From: Nostoc sp. DedSLP01
Lineage (GTDB): Bacteria; Cyanobacteriota; Cyanobacteriia; Cyanobacteriales; Nostocaceae
Direction of reading: 5' to 3'
Length of the DNA: 64,000 nt
Assembly: GCA_034530875.2 (NCBI GenBank)
Contig: JAVRCJ020000017.1
Span: 32,001 to 96,000 of the forward strand
The notes beneath the pieces were generated by a model. It was not told where the DNA came from. It saw only the letters and a program-made list of their open reading frames with translations, and did no database searches. Both the position numbers and the translations under genes were made by a program. This document shows positions 39,008-50,109 of the stretch, one piece after another. Numbering within the stretch: the first letter of the stretch is position 1; every line of letters begins with the position of its first letter.

Positions 39008-40423
39008 ATGACTGACAATATAGATTTTCGCATCGAACGGGATTCGATGGGCGATCGCCAAATTGCTAGTAACGTTTATTACGGTATTCAAACGCTACGG
39101 GCAATCGAAAACTTTCCTATTAGCGGTATTAAGCCTCTACCTACTTACGTAGATGCTTGTTTGCTAATTAAAAAAGCTACGGCAATTGTCAACGGAGAAC
39201 TCAATTGCATTCCTCAAGATATTAGTCGGGCAATAGTCCAAGCGACTGATGAAATCTTAGCTGGGAAGTTGCGCGAACAATTTGTTGTGGATGTTTATCA
39301 AGCGGGTGCTGGAACTTCTCACCACATGAATGTCAATGAAGTTCTGGCAAATCGTGCCTTAGAAATTCTTGGTGACGAAAAAGGCAATTATAAACGTGTT
39401 AGTCCTAACGACCACGTTAACTATGGGCAGTCTACCAATGATGTGATTCCGACGGCAATTAGGATTGGCGGTTTATTGGCACTTGCTCATACGTTACACC
39501 CAGCTTTAGAAGAAGCGATCGCTGCCTTAGAAAACAAAGCTGTAGAATTTCAAGATATCGTCAAATCTGGCAGAACTCACTTACAAGACGCTGTACCTGT
39601 GCGCTTGGGTGAAAATTTCTGGGCTTGGGCGCAAATCCTCACAGAACACCAAAACCGGATTTACACCGCCTCGGGAGATTTGATGGTGCTGGGTTTGGGA
39701 GGTAGTGCAGCCGGAACGGGGTTGAATACTCATCCTCTTTATCGCGCCCGTGTTGTAGAAGTTCTCTCCGAATTAATTGATACTCCCCTAGAACCTGCAC
39801 CCCACTTGATGGCGGCTATGCAAAGTATGGCACCATTTGTCAACGTTTCCGGTGCTTTGCGGAACTTAGCGCAGGATTTAGCCAAAATATCTCATGATTT
39901 GCGGTTGATGGATTCGGGGCCAAAAACTGGTTTTAAAGAAATTCAATTGCCGCCAGTGCAACCGGGTTCCTCAATTATGCCAGGGAAATACAACCCAGTG
40001 ATGGCAGAAATGACGTCAATGGTATGTTTTCAGGTGATGGGTTACGACAATGCGATCGCTCTTGCCGCCCAAGCAGGACAATTAGAATTGAATGTCATGA
40101 TGCCGCTGATTGCCTATAACCTGATTCACAGCATCGAAATTTTAGGTAATACTATCGCTGCCCTTACCAAACGTTGCATCCAGGGAATTACAGCCAACAA
40201 AGAACGTTGTCTAGCATACGCCGAAGGCAGTTTAGCTTTAGTAACTGCACTCAATACTCACATTGGTTATTTAAATGCCGCAGCTGTCGCCAAAGAATCT
40301 TTAGAAACTGGTAAATCTCTACGCGAGATTGTTCTGGAACGAGGATTAATGAGTGAAGCAGATTTAGCTACAGTGTTAAATCTGGAACAAATGAGTGCTA
40401 TTTTACCTTTGAGTCCAGAATAA
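39008..40423 (+). CDS. aspA: aspartate ammonia-lyase (fumarase/aspartase superfamily)
   Basis: RIERDSMG, GAGTS, QSTND, GRTHLQDA and GSSIMPGKYNP signature. Confidence 0.8.
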   Translation: MTDNIDFRIERDSMGDRQIASNVYYGIQTLRAIENFPISGIKPLPTYVDACLLIKKATAIVNGELNCIPQDISRAIVQATDEILAGKLREQFVVDVYQAGAGTSHHMNVNEVLANRALEILGDEKGNYKRVSPNDHVNYGQSTNDVIPTAIRIGGLLALAHTLHPALEEAIAALENKAVEFQDIVKSGRTHLQDAVPVRLGENFWAWAQILTEHQNRIYTASGDLMVLGLGGSAAGTGLNTHPLYRARVVEVLSELIDTPLEPAPHLMAAMQSMAPFVNVSGALRNLAQDLAKISHDLRLMDSGPKTGFKEIQLPPVQPGSSIMPGKYNPVMAEMTSMVCFQVMGYDNAIALAAQAGQLELNVMMPLIAYNLIHSIEILGNTIAALTKRCIQGITANKERCLAYAEGSLALVTALNTHIGYLNAAAVAKESLETGKSLREIVLERGLMSEADLATVLNLEQMSAILPLSPE

Positions 40424-40511
40424 AAACACATCGATTACAAAACAATATCAGTCAATACGGTTTAGTTAATTTGACGTATTGACACCATTCACCACTCTTA
40501 ATTTATTATCT

Positions 40512-41483
40512 ATGCACACCCAAAAATCATCTGTCAGCCTAATTCGGGCTACCTCCTACGAACGAGAGGCTTTACGAGAATCTTTAATTACACTACTCGA
40601 ACCTTTTGGAGGAATGGCAGCATTTGTGAAAAAAGGCGATCGCGTTTTACTCAAACCAAATTTACTCACAGGTGCGCGTCCTGGTAAAGAGTGTACCACC
40701 CGTCCTGAAATAGTTTACGCAGTTGCCCAAATGGTAATTGAAGTTGGCGGAAAACCATTTTTGGGTGATAGTCCGGCTTTTGGCAGCGCCAAGGGAGTAG
40801 CAGTGGCAAATGGCTATCTGCCGATTTTAGAAGAACTCAACGTTCCCATCATCGATTTTCACGGCCAGCGTTATCAAACTGTGAGTGAAAATTTTAACCA
40901 CCTGCGGCTGTCTAAAGAAGCGATGGAAGCAGATGTCGTAATTAACCTACCCAAAGTTAAATCCCATGCCCAATTAACATTAACGCTGGGGGTAAAAAAC
41001 TTGTTTGGTTGCGTCCCCGGTAAAATGAAAGCTTGGTGGCACATGGAAGCCGGAAAAGATGCCAACAGATTTGCCCAAATGTTAGTAGAAACTGCCAGGG
41101 CAATTAATCCTAACTTAACGATATTAGATGGCATCATCGGTCATGAAGGTAACGGTCCTAGTAACGGTGAACCTCGACAACTGGGCATCTTAGCAGCTGC
41201 ATCAGATATATTTGCCCTAGATAGAACAATGGTGGAAATCCTCAATGTTCCTCCCGAACAAGTGCCTACAATTGCAGCTTCCCAAAGTTTAGGAGTTTGT
41301 CCAGAACTTGCTGCCATAGAATTTCCCCATTTAAACCCTGACTTATTAAAAATAGAAGATTGGCGGCTACCAGACAAATTAATGCCCATTGATTTTGGTA
41401 TGCCACGGGTCATTAAATCTACGTTTAAGCATCTTTACACCCGATTTATCAAAGAACCAATGAGTGTTTACGCAAGAAATTAG
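40512..41483 (+). CDS. DUF362-domain protein
   Basis: RVLLKPNLL, INLPKVKSH, LGVKNLFGCVPG and DGIIGHEGNGP. Confidence 0.85.
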   Translation: MHTQKSSVSLIRATSYEREALRESLITLLEPFGGMAAFVKKGDRVLLKPNLLTGARPGKECTTRPEIVYAVAQMVIEVGGKPFLGDSPAFGSAKGVAVANGYLPILEELNVPIIDFHGQRYQTVSENFNHLRLSKEAMEADVVINLPKVKSHAQLTLTLGVKNLFGCVPGKMKAWWHMEAGKDANRFAQMLVETARAINPNLTILDGIIGHEGNGPSNGEPRQLGILAAASDIFALDRTMVEILNVPPEQVPTIAASQSLGVCPELAAIEFPHLNPDLLKIEDWRLPDKLMPIDFGMPRVIKSTFKHLYTRFIKEPMSVYARN

Positions 41484-42352
41484 GAACTAGGGTAGATGGG
41501 GAAAAAAAGAAGCAGGAGAAGCAGAGGAGGAAAATGCGATCGTGGTTTTCGGTTTCAAAATTGGATAATTTAAATTCTGGAATTCTTTGGCCTCTAGCTT
41601 TTAACTCCTGAGTACTCACTTTCTATACCCAATCGCAATTGCAAAATGCAAACTTCGTTACAGCAATTTCATTTATTAACAAAGTAACCTGTAATTACCC
41701 TCCGATTGCTTAACCAAACCGTCCTAGTTACTATTAGTGGCGGTTTTTTTAATCAATTTATTTTTTTAAAAAAATAATCTCAGGAATCTTTCCAAGTTAG
41801 CTTTAGTACATCTAATAAACTTAAAAGAAATTTAATGTTTTGTTTGCTAGCTCAATCTTAAATATTTATTAAATAATCTATCTTAAAAAGAAAAATGTTA
41901 TCCAAAACTAATGAAAAACTTAAAATTTTTCAGTAAAATTACTGTTATGAATTATAGTGCGCTTAGAAAAGAATTGATAAAATAACTTATATGGAAGAAA
42001 CTTTCAAAATCTCTCTTATTGGTCGATTCTAAGATGATGTTTGGAAAGTAAAAATACAGACTCAAAGTCGCTCATTGTAAAAGAGAGGCTTGAAAACGAG
42101 CGTTATATTGTAAGAAAAAGCGTAGGGAAGTTTGGTTCTGAGGCTTATAGAATACTTTGAGAACGCCTCCTAATTAAGTAGACAGAACAGTGTCATGTAA
42201 AATATTAAAAACAGCAGATGTATACATCTAATTTCAGCAACTAAAGCTATAACAAGAGATGCATGAATATTAGTTATTGATACGTTTGCAAATTAAACAT
42301 TTACCTGATTCTTCAACAACCGAGTACAGTAAATCAGCAACAGGAAAATAAT

Positions 42353-43879
42353 TTGGGAGAAAGCTTTTTGAATATCACCAATCAACAACAGCAAGCTACT
42401 CCTATAAAAGAAGAAGATTGCTATCAGGCAATTATGCCTTTAGATGGAGAACAGCAAAATCTACCTCAACAACTACAAATACTTCAGCGGCTAATTCAAC
42501 TCTCAAACCAGGGCATAATGCCTTTAAACAACTTATTAGAGCAGATAGCACAAGAACTTTATGATGCTATTGAGAGCGCTGACTTTTGTTTTTTGTTGTT
42601 ATACAATTTTCAAACTAAACAGCTAGAATTATCTGCAAAAGCTGGGATAAATGTAGACAAATTTTATTTTACAGTAATAAATACTAATACTAAATTTTTG
42701 ATTAAAAATTGCCAACAAAAAATAACTCATTTCCCCTTGGAAGAAAATAATTATTTATCGCTACTCTATCAGGTATTCGGCACAGGTATTTCCCAATTAT
42801 TTCAAAAAATTCAAGAAAATATAGAGAATATTACTGAAAACTTCATTGTGCCATCATGTATGCCACTGTGTACATCTTGTTTCACCCCGTCATCAATCTA
42901 TGCCATACCAATAGAGTTAAAACCAGCAGAAAGGCTGGGAGTACTGGTAATTGGTAACTGGGAAAATCCTGATGTATTTAATATTGTTGTTCAAAATCTT
43001 TTGAATACAGTTGGTGAATTAATAGCGATCGCTATTAATAATGCCAGAACTGCTGCACTTTTAGCAGAGCACGAACAACATATAGCTAGACAAAATGAAA
43101 TTATTTTACAGCAAAACCGCGAACTGGAAAAAATTCAACACGAAATTCAGCTGAAGAATCTGCAACTTTCAGAAGTAGAGGAGTTAAAATCCCGATTTTT
43201 AGCCACTACATCTCACGAATTACACACACCTCTAAACGTTATTTTAGGGTTATCACAGGTACTCTTGCGCCAACACAACTCTAACTTATCCGACAAACAA
43301 ATAGATATGGTGCAGCGTATTTATAATAACGGCGATCGCCTACTAGAAGTAATTGACGATATGCTCGACTTTGCCAAAGTAGAAGCTGGCCATCTAACTT
43401 TACAAATACAAGAATTTGATTTAGCAGATTTAATATTGAAAATTGTAGCCGAACACCGTTCTTTAGCAGAAGAGAAGTATTTAAAATTGCAAGCAGACGT
43501 TAATTTAGAAGATGCCATAGTGATGAGTGACATCCCCCGTCTTAAACAAGTTTTAGTCAAATTATTATTAAACGCTATTAAATTTACAGAAAGTGGTAGT
43601 GTAGAAATTAAAGTATGGGAAATTTCTACAGAAAGAATTGCGATCGCAGTTCAAGATACTGGTATAGGCATAGCCGAATCTGACCTAGCATGTATTTTTG
43701 AGCAATTCCGACAAGTAGATCAAACTACTACTCGTAAGTATGGCGGTATTGGTTTAGGTTTAGCAATTACCAAATCGTTAGTAAAGATGATGCAAGGAAC
43801 GATTAGCGTTAGTAGTAAAATAGGTGAAGGTTCCAACTTTTGCATCGAATTACCCAGGCAAATAAAATCTGGGCGATGA
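42353..43879 (+). CDS. GAF-containing sensor histidine kinase
   Basis: N-terminal GAF-like region, SHELHTPL H-box, NAIKFT, DTGIGI and GIGLGLAI. Start uncertain (TTG 42353 or ATG 42434). Confidence 0.88.
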   Translation: MGESFLNITNQQQQATPIKEEDCYQAIMPLDGEQQNLPQQLQILQRLIQLSNQGIMPLNNLLEQIAQELYDAIESADFCFLLLYNFQTKQLELSAKAGINVDKFYFTVINTNTKFLIKNCQQKITHFPLEENNYLSLLYQVFGTGISQLFQKIQENIENITENFIVPSCMPLCTSCFTPSSIYAIPIELKPAERLGVLVIGNWENPDVFNIVVQNLLNTVGELIAIAINNARTAALLAEHEQHIARQNEIILQQNRELEKIQHEIQLKNLQLSEVEELKSRFLATTSHELHTPLNVILGLSQVLLRQHNSNLSDKQIDMVQRIYNNGDRLLEVIDDMLDFAKVEAGHLTLQIQEFDLADLILKIVAEHRSLAEEKYLKLQADVNLEDAIVMSDIPRLKQVLVKLLLNAIKFTESGSVEIKVWEISTERIAIAVQDTGIGIAESDLACIFEQFRQVDQTTTRKYGGIGLGLAITKSLVKMMQGTISVSSKIGEGSNFCIELPRQIKSGR

Positions 43880-43940
43880 GATAGCGATGTTCAAAGAGAA
43901 TTTAAAATTTAGGATTAATTAGTTTAGCGAAGCACAAACT

Positions 43941-44828
43941 CTATTCCTGCTTCCTTTCTGCTATTCTCAGTTTAGCAGAACGCGATCGCGGATTATTCGC
44001 AATCTCCTCTTCAGTTGCAGTAATTGGCTTTTTTGTCAAGACTTTTAATAAAGGTGAATTTCTCAAACTATGTTTCACCAAACGGTCTTCTAGACTATGA
44101 AAACTGATAATCGCAATTTTGCCACCAGGTAGAAGGGCGTTTGGTGCTTTATCCAAAAAAGTTTCTAAGGATTTTAACTCATCATTAACCGCAATTCGCA
44201 GAGCTTGAAAAACACGAGTAGCAGGGTGAATTCTACCATAACGGTATTTGGGGGGAACACAACCTGCGATCGCTTCAGCCAACTCAACAGTTGTATGAAA
44301 CGGACGGCGTTCGATGATGCGTCTAGCAATGCGCCGCGATAATCTTTCTTCACCGTAGTGAAAGAAAATGTTTGCTAATTCGGCTTCATCCCAATTATTA
44401 ATTACATCAGCAGCGGTTAGCGATCGCCCCCGATCCATTCGCATATCCAAATTCCCAGCTTGGCGAAAGCTAAAACCCCTCTCTGGCCGGTCTAAATGGT
44501 AAGAACTTACCCCTAAATCCGCAAGAATACCATCGAAAGTATTAGGGGGAAACTTGTAAGCAGCAAAATTGTTATAAATGAATTGCACGCGATCGCCAAA
44601 CTCAGCTAATTCTTTCCTCGCTGCTGCTAAAGCATCCTCATCTTGGTCAATGGCCGTTACTCGCACATCCGCAGCAGCTTCTAAAATCAGACGACTGTGA
44701 CTGCCACCGCCTACCGTCGTATCAAGATAATGACCTCCTGGAGATACCGCTAGACCTGCGATAACCTCCTGCGGTAACACTGGTAGATGGGAAAATACTG
44801 GTTCTTCAATAGCTAGCTGACCATTCAT
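43941..44828 (-). CDS. rsmH: 16S rRNA (cytosine1402-N4)-methyltransferase
   Basis: [29 protein letters not shown] and [10 protein letters not shown]. Confidence 0.96.
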   Translation of the reverse strand: MNGQLAIEEPVFSHLPVLPQEVIAGLAVSPGGHYLDTTVGGGSHSRLILEAAADVRVTAIDQDEDALAAARKELAEFGDRVQFIYNNFAAYKFPPNTFDGILADLGVSSYHLDRPERGFSFRQAGNLDMRMDRGRSLTAADVINNWDEAELANIFFHYGEERLSRRIARRIIERRPFHTTVELAEAIAGCVPPKYRYGRIHPATRVFQALRIAVNDELKSLETFLDKAPNALLPGGKIAIISFHSLEDRLVKHSLRNSPLLKVLTKKPITATEEEIANNPRSRSAKLRIAERKQE

Positions 44829-44929
44829 GAGACTCAGGGCAAAAAACCATAGATGAACCTTAATTATGTATTCTTTTGCTTGTGTCTTTGTACGTTCGTA
44901 GTTAAAAAATAGTTTTTGAACCTAAAACA

Positions 44930-45008
44930 TATAGCGGTTTTCAATTGAATTGAATACATATCCTTGAAAATCAAATCATTGTAGGGGCGCACAGCTGTAC
45001 GCTCCTAC
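44930..45008. repeat. MITE-end-like sequence plus REP-like palindrome
   Basis: tatagcggttttcaattg at 44930. gtaggggcgcacag/ctgtacgctcctac hairpin at 44981-45008. Confidence 0.5.
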
Positions 45009-45033
45009 TGAAGTCTACGCAAATGCAAATGTG

Positions 45034-46941
45034 CTATTTTTTACCTTTTTTGTGGTAAATCATCGAATTTGGTATTACCTTTAATTTTTTCTCCATATTT
45101 AAATGGCTATTTAAAATAAAAATGAATACATTACCGAGAAATTCGTTTTCCTGTAACAAGCTGTTTACAAGTTTAGAGTGGTCGGGTTCCTGAATACCTT
45201 CTAAAAAGGTAACTTCTCGCTTCAAAGCTAGAACATAAAGTGGTTTCTCAGGAAAATATTGCAGATTTTTTTGAACTAAGTAAGCACTTATTACTTGCGG
45301 GTAACGAGATAGCTGGTGACGAAGCTTGTTTACCTCTATATCTGAGGCAGTATGAGGTTCAAATTTATCCTTTTCTCTCACATTTGAACGCTCTTGCTGT
45401 GCTTTCAAAATTAAATCATAATAACTTTCGGCACGTTGTAGATAAGATTTAGCCTCATTTACTTTTCCTTGTTTTTGAAGAAAAGAGTAAATTATCTGGT
45501 AACCTTCTAGAACTATATCTGAGTTTTCTTCTATAGCCCTTTCAATATATTCTATTCCGGCTGCATTCTGTTGTCTTATTAATATTTGTCCTAGTAAATA
45601 ATTAGCTGAGGTATGATGAGCATCAAGATGAATAATCTCTTTTAATAGTGGTATAGCTGCTTCTTCACCTTCAAAATTAAATGTCAAAAATGCTCTTTCA
45701 GTAGCTTCTTCTGGGGATAGCTCTTGTTTTTTATATTTATTATTTAAATCTTTTAATGTAGCTAATAAATTTTGACGTTCAATATATTTTTGTCGCCAAG
45801 GTGCTGCTATTTCTTCTCGCCAGACTTGACTAAAGTACTCAATAAAATTCTCTAGTTTTCTATCTAAAAATTTTTGGGCGGCGCTTGTTTCAACTGGTGG
45901 AAATATAGCTTCTTCCTGAATGTTGGAGATATATTTTAATGCTTTTAGCCTATCTGCCAAACAAGGATGAGTATCCGCATTGTTAGTTTTCTGCTTTAAG
46001 GCTTCCATTAGATAAATACTTGTGATTTCCTGATTAAGCCTCTGACTTAAAGCCTGTTTCATGGCTGTAAAAGTCATTCTTGGCGGTTCAATTTCTGTCT
46101 CTACTTGTTTATAGATACCAGACCAAAAATATCTTTGGATAAATCTAGCTTTGACCTCAACATTTATCAAAGTTTCAGCAACATTTTGTTCTCCAGTTAG
46201 CTCGACAGCACATCTATCTGCTTCATATTCGTTCATCCGTGCCAAGACAAAAGAATAGGCATTAAAAAACGGAACGTACCATATCAAAAAACGCTCAAAA
46301 ATTGCCCATGATACTTGATTGCCACTTTCTCGTAGCCCTTTAATAATGCGGTACCAAGTTTCACGTTGGCGATAAATCCAACCATGAAAACGACTGTGAT
46401 TTCCTGATAAATGTCCCAGTTCATGGGCTAACACAGCACGAAATTGTTCGGGTGACAGTGCTAGCATTAGCGGTAGACCCAAAATTAAATAATTTTGCTG
46501 CCATCCCAGCAAACCTAAGCGTGGTCTTTGGACAACCGCTGCATTAAAATCATTCGTCAGTAAGATGTGGTGAAAACGTGGAGCTTGTAACTTGGATGAG
46601 ATTTCGTTAGTTAAAGAATAGAGATTGGGTACATCCTTAGGGTACAGTGGTAAACCTGTAGGAGGAGGAAAAGAAACCCAAAGCGATCGCACTAACACCA
46701 ATGCAAACGCTACCAAAAACAAAAGAGCTTTTACAGATGAAGCATGAACTGAACGAGCGTTAAGCATCAAAAAGACAATACCTATCAGCAAAGCCAACGT
46801 TACAGCTAAAACCAAAAATATATACACGTAGCCCAAAGTAGCCAAAAAAGCAACGTGCAATTTATAAAGACGCGGTTGTTTATTAGCAAAAACTTCTAAC
46901 TTCTGAATTAGGCTATCAAAATGCTCTTGGGTGAAGGTCAT
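45034..46941 (-). CDS. M48-family zinc metallopeptidase with TPR-like C-terminus
   Basis: N-terminal TMs, FNAAV, VLAHELGH (HExxH), EYEADR and THP...RL. Confidence 0.88.
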   Translation of the reverse strand: MTFTQEHFDSLIQKLEVFANKQPRLYKLHVAFLATLGYVYIFLVLAVTLALLIGIVFLMLNARSVHASSVKALLFLVAFALVLVRSLWVSFPPPTGLPLYPKDVPNLYSLTNEISSKLQAPRFHHILLTNDFNAAVVQRPRLGLLGWQQNYLILGLPLMLALSPEQFRAVLAHELGHLSGNHSRFHGWIYRQRETWYRIIKGLRESGNQVSWAIFERFLIWYVPFFNAYSFVLARMNEYEADRCAVELTGEQNVAETLINVEVKARFIQRYFWSGIYKQVETEIEPPRMTFTAMKQALSQRLNQEITSIYLMEALKQKTNNADTHPCLADRLKALKYISNIQEEAIFPPVETSAAQKFLDRKLENFIEYFSQVWREEIAAPWRQKYIERQNLLATLKDLNNKYKKQELSPEEATERAFLTFNFEGEEAAIPLLKEIIHLDAHHTSANYLLGQILIRQQNAAGIEYIERAIEENSDIVLEGYQIIYSFLQKQGKVNEAKSYLQRAESYYDLILKAQQERSNVREKDKFEPHTASDIEVNKLRHQLSRYPQVISAYLVQKNLQYFPEKPLYVLALKREVTFLEGIQEPDHSKLVNSLLQENEFLGNVFIFILNSHLNMEKKLKVIPNSMIYHKKGKK

Positions 46942-47473
46942 AGATATGTATCAGCTTGATAAAACTGTAATATAGCTGACACGATATCTTTATCGCTTAC
47001 GTAAAAACTCAGAAGTAGATCGCCATTCTTGAAAAGAGGCATCTTCTTGAGTAATTAGCGATCGCATTATTCTCCGTATCCCCTTATCCCAGCGCTATGA
47101 GATAAAAAATTCTGGTGCCTTAATTAAGTGCATATCTAGCTTCCATATAATAGTTGAAGAAGTGCAACAAAATGAAACATCAAGTAAAATCCCTCCTCTG
47201 TCACCCCCCTCTCAAACTTACCCCTGTATAGGCAATACATGTAGAGGAGTTTCTCTAAAAGTATTGCCCCTAAAAGGCTGTCAAATAGAAATTGACAGGT
47301 TCGGGCTGATGTCAGGATATGGGAAAATTTTATTCTCCGCGTCCTTGCGTTTCCCCAACCCCGCTTCAATCCATGACAGACCTTACCTTGGTATGACAGA
47401 CAAGATAAATTGGGTCTAGTTGGCATCTTAGCGGTTCGATTCAAAATTGTCACAACGGGAGAACACTAAATCT

Positions 47474-48658
47474 ATGACCAGAATAGAAACCCGCACTGAA
47501 CCGATGGTGCTAAATATGGGGCCACACCACCCCTCAATGCACGGGGTTCTGCGGCTAATTGTCACCTTGGATGGCGAGGATGTCGTTGACTGCGAACCGG
47601 TTATTGGCTACCTGCACCGGGGAATGGAAAAAATTGCTGAGAACCGCACTAACGTTATGTACGTCCCTTATGTTAGTCGCTGGGACTACGCTGCGGGAAT
47701 GTTCAACGAAGCTGTCACCGTCAACGCACCAGAAAAGCTGGCAGGTGTAGCAGTCCCCAAACGCGCTAGTTACATCCGCGTCATCATGCTGGAGTTGAAC
47801 CGCATCGCCAATCACTTGCTGTGGTTTGGCCCCTTCCTCGCTGACGTTGGCGCTCAAACTCCCTTCTTTTACCAATTCCGCGAACGGGAGATGATTTACG
47901 ATCTGTGGGAAGCCGCCACAGGTTACCGGATGGTGAATAATAACTACTTCCGCGTCGGTGGCGTGGCAGTTGATTTACCTTATGGTTGGGTAGATAAGTG
48001 TCTGGAATTCTGCGATTACTTGATACCCAAAATTGATGAATACGAACGCTTGGTAACAGATAATCCCATCTTCCGCCGCCGCGTTGAAGGTATCGGCACT
48101 ATCACTCGTGAAGAAGCAATTAACTGGGGACTTTCCGGCCCCATGTTACGCGCATCCGGTGTGAAATGGGATTTGCGGAAAGTAGACCATTACGAATGCT
48201 ACGACGACTTCGACTGGGATGTACAATGGGAAACTGCTGGTGATTGCTTCGCCCGTTACGTAGTGCGGATGCGGGAAATGCGCGAATCTGTGAAGATTAT
48301 TCGCCAAGCAATCAAAGGACTTCCTGGCGGCCCTTACGAAAATCTCGAAGCCAAGCGCCTAGCCGCAGGTAAAAAGTCTGAGTGGGACGCTTTTGATTAT
48401 CAGTACATTGGTAAAAAAGTTTCCCCCACCTTCAAAATTCCCAAGGGTGAAATCTACGCCCGTGTAGAAAGTGGCAAAGGTGAACTGGGAATTTATCTGG
48501 TAGGTGATGATAACGTCTTCCCTGCACGCTGGAAGATTCGGGCAGCAGACTTCAACAATCTCCAAATTCTCCCACATTTACTGCGTGGAATGAAAGTTGC
48601 AGATATTGTAGTCATTCTTGGCAGTATTGACGTGATTATGGGTTCTGTAGATAGATAG
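47474..48658 (+). CDS. ndhH: NAD(P)H-quinone oxidoreductase subunit H
   Basis: [25 protein letters not shown] and C-terminal IMGSVDR. Confidence 0.98.
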   Translation: MTRIETRTEPMVLNMGPHHPSMHGVLRLIVTLDGEDVVDCEPVIGYLHRGMEKIAENRTNVMYVPYVSRWDYAAGMFNEAVTVNAPEKLAGVAVPKRASYIRVIMLELNRIANHLLWFGPFLADVGAQTPFFYQFREREMIYDLWEAATGYRMVNNNYFRVGGVAVDLPYGWVDKCLEFCDYLIPKIDEYERLVTDNPIFRRRVEGIGTITREEAINWGLSGPMLRASGVKWDLRKVDHYECYDDFDWDVQWETAGDCFARYVVRMREMRESVKIIRQAIKGLPGGPYENLEAKRLAAGKKSEWDAFDYQYIGKKVSPTFKIPKGEIYARVESGKGELGIYLVGDDNVFPARWKIRAADFNNLQILPHLLRGMKVADIVVILGSIDVIMGSVDR

Positions 48659-48683
48659 AAAATATCAATCTCAGTACTTTTTG

Positions 48684-48720
48684 AGAGCAGTTGCACTGTG
48701 GTGTAACTGCTCTATTTTTT
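48684..48720 (+). terminator. intrinsic terminator after ndhH
   Basis: agagcagttgcac / gtgtaactgctct stem followed by atttttt. Confidence 0.75.
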
Positions 48721-48765
48721 ATAACAGGAGCCTGATATGCTAATCCGAATTAAGTAGCAAATATC

Positions 48766-48781
48766 TGTAACTCAGAATACA
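48766..48781. promoter_or_regulatory. candidate NtcA-binding site
   Basis: TGTA-ACTCAGAA-TACA is an exact match to TGTA-N8-TACA. Confidence 0.35.
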
Positions 48782-49068
48782 GAAAAAACTATTATGTAGG
48801 GTTATTAATATATCTGTTAAAAAAATATAAAAAATGTTAGAAATATGGCTCATAAATATATAAACTATTTAATTATTAATTAATGATTACAATTTTTAAA
48901 AAATATAAACTATTAATATTTAATTATGAACTAACCGCAATAGTTGACTAGGATGATGTTAGGTTAAAATTGAATTGCTCTTATCAATTGAGATATATAT
49001 TGAAGTAAAAGTCTGATAAATTACTATATAAATGCCGACAGTATTTACTTAGTCGTAATTTTAGAAAC

Positions 49069-49605
49069 GTGCAAATTCATCCTTACTCAGAATCTAACCA
49101 GAGCCAGAATCGCCGCGAACAGGGTTTGGAAAAGTTGCTCGATCGCCTTGTCAGAAGGATACAACGGGATGAGTTAGTCCGGCAGACAATGAATCAACTT
49201 AGAGAATACCTGCAAGTAGATCGGGTAGTTCTGTATTATTTTTACGAACGATGGCAAGGGCAGGTAACTTTTGAATCTTCCAATTCTAGAGAATTATCGA
49301 TACTAGGTTCTACCGGGCCGGATAATTGTTTTAACGATGAATATGCTGCTTTATATTTGGCAGGACGAGTAAAGGCGATCGCTGATATTGAATTAGAGCC
49401 AATGGAGTCTTGTCACAGAGATTTCCTCCGCAGTATGCAAGTTCGCGCCAACCTTGTAGTCCCAATTGTGATACCTAGAGGATTATGGGGATTGTTAATA
49501 GCGCATCACTGCCAAGGAAGTCACCATTGGTCGCCATTAGATATGGAAATGATGCAAACAGCAGCACAAACTTTAGCCACAGACCATAATATTTTAGACA
49601 GTTAA
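49069..49605 (+). CDS. single GAF-domain protein
   Basis: LQVDRVVLY, DNCF, CHRDFL..MQVRANLVVPI and LWGLLIAHHC. Confidence 0.85.
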   Translation: MQIHPYSESNQSQNRREQGLEKLLDRLVRRIQRDELVRQTMNQLREYLQVDRVVLYYFYERWQGQVTFESSNSRELSILGSTGPDNCFNDEYAALYLAGRVKAIADIELEPMESCHRDFLRSMQVRANLVVPIVIPRGLWGLLIAHHCQGSHHWSPLDMEMMQTAAQTLATDHNILDS

Positions 49606-49684
49606 GCGCTGTACTTTTAAATGGTATAAAGTGAGGTAGAGAAGATACTCGCCAGCGCTGATTCTTCGATATAGGAGAAAAACT

Positions 49685-50074
49685 GTGAAATTTGGTTATA
49701 CAGTAATCTGGGTTGACGATGTAGTTAAGACTGTTGAGTTTTACGAAAAAGCTTTTGGCTTAGTTCGTCGTACTGTCCGAGATATGGGGCAATTCACCTG
49801 GGCTGAAATCGAAACCGGAAATACCACATTAGCTTTTTCCTCGACTAGCGAAGCACAGAAATTATTTCCTGGTGGCTTTCATCCCAACGAGGCCACACAA
49901 CCACCGACATTAATCCAAATATCATTCATGACTCCTGATGTCGGCGGCGCTTATGTAAAAGCGATCGGAGCAGGAGCCAAACCATTAGATCCCCCTAAAA
50001 CCCAACCTTGGGGACAAACAATAGCTCGCGTCCGCGACCTTAATGGCGTACTGGTGTCATTGGTCAGCGGCTAG
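49685..50074 (+). CDS. VOC/glyoxalase family protein
   Basis: VDDV..TVEFYEKAFG and QPWGQTIARVRDLNG. An AGGAG RBS precedes the GTG. Confidence 0.88.
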   Translation: MKFGYTVIWVDDVVKTVEFYEKAFGLVRRTVRDMGQFTWAEIETGNTTLAFSSTSEAQKLFPGGFHPNEATQPPTLIQISFMTPDVGGAYVKAIGAGAKPLDPPKTQPWGQTIARVRDLNGVLVSLVSG

Positions 50075-50109
50075 TACGATTCCTATATGTGTAAGTCCTA
50101 GATACTTAC

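Noticed and set aside
41683..41697. gtaacctgtaattac as an NtcA site
   Set aside because: The spacer is 9 nt rather than 8.
47136..47453. Two overlapping opposite-strand ORFs upstream of ndhH
   Set aside because: No motifs or clear RBS. Most likely the divergent promoter region.
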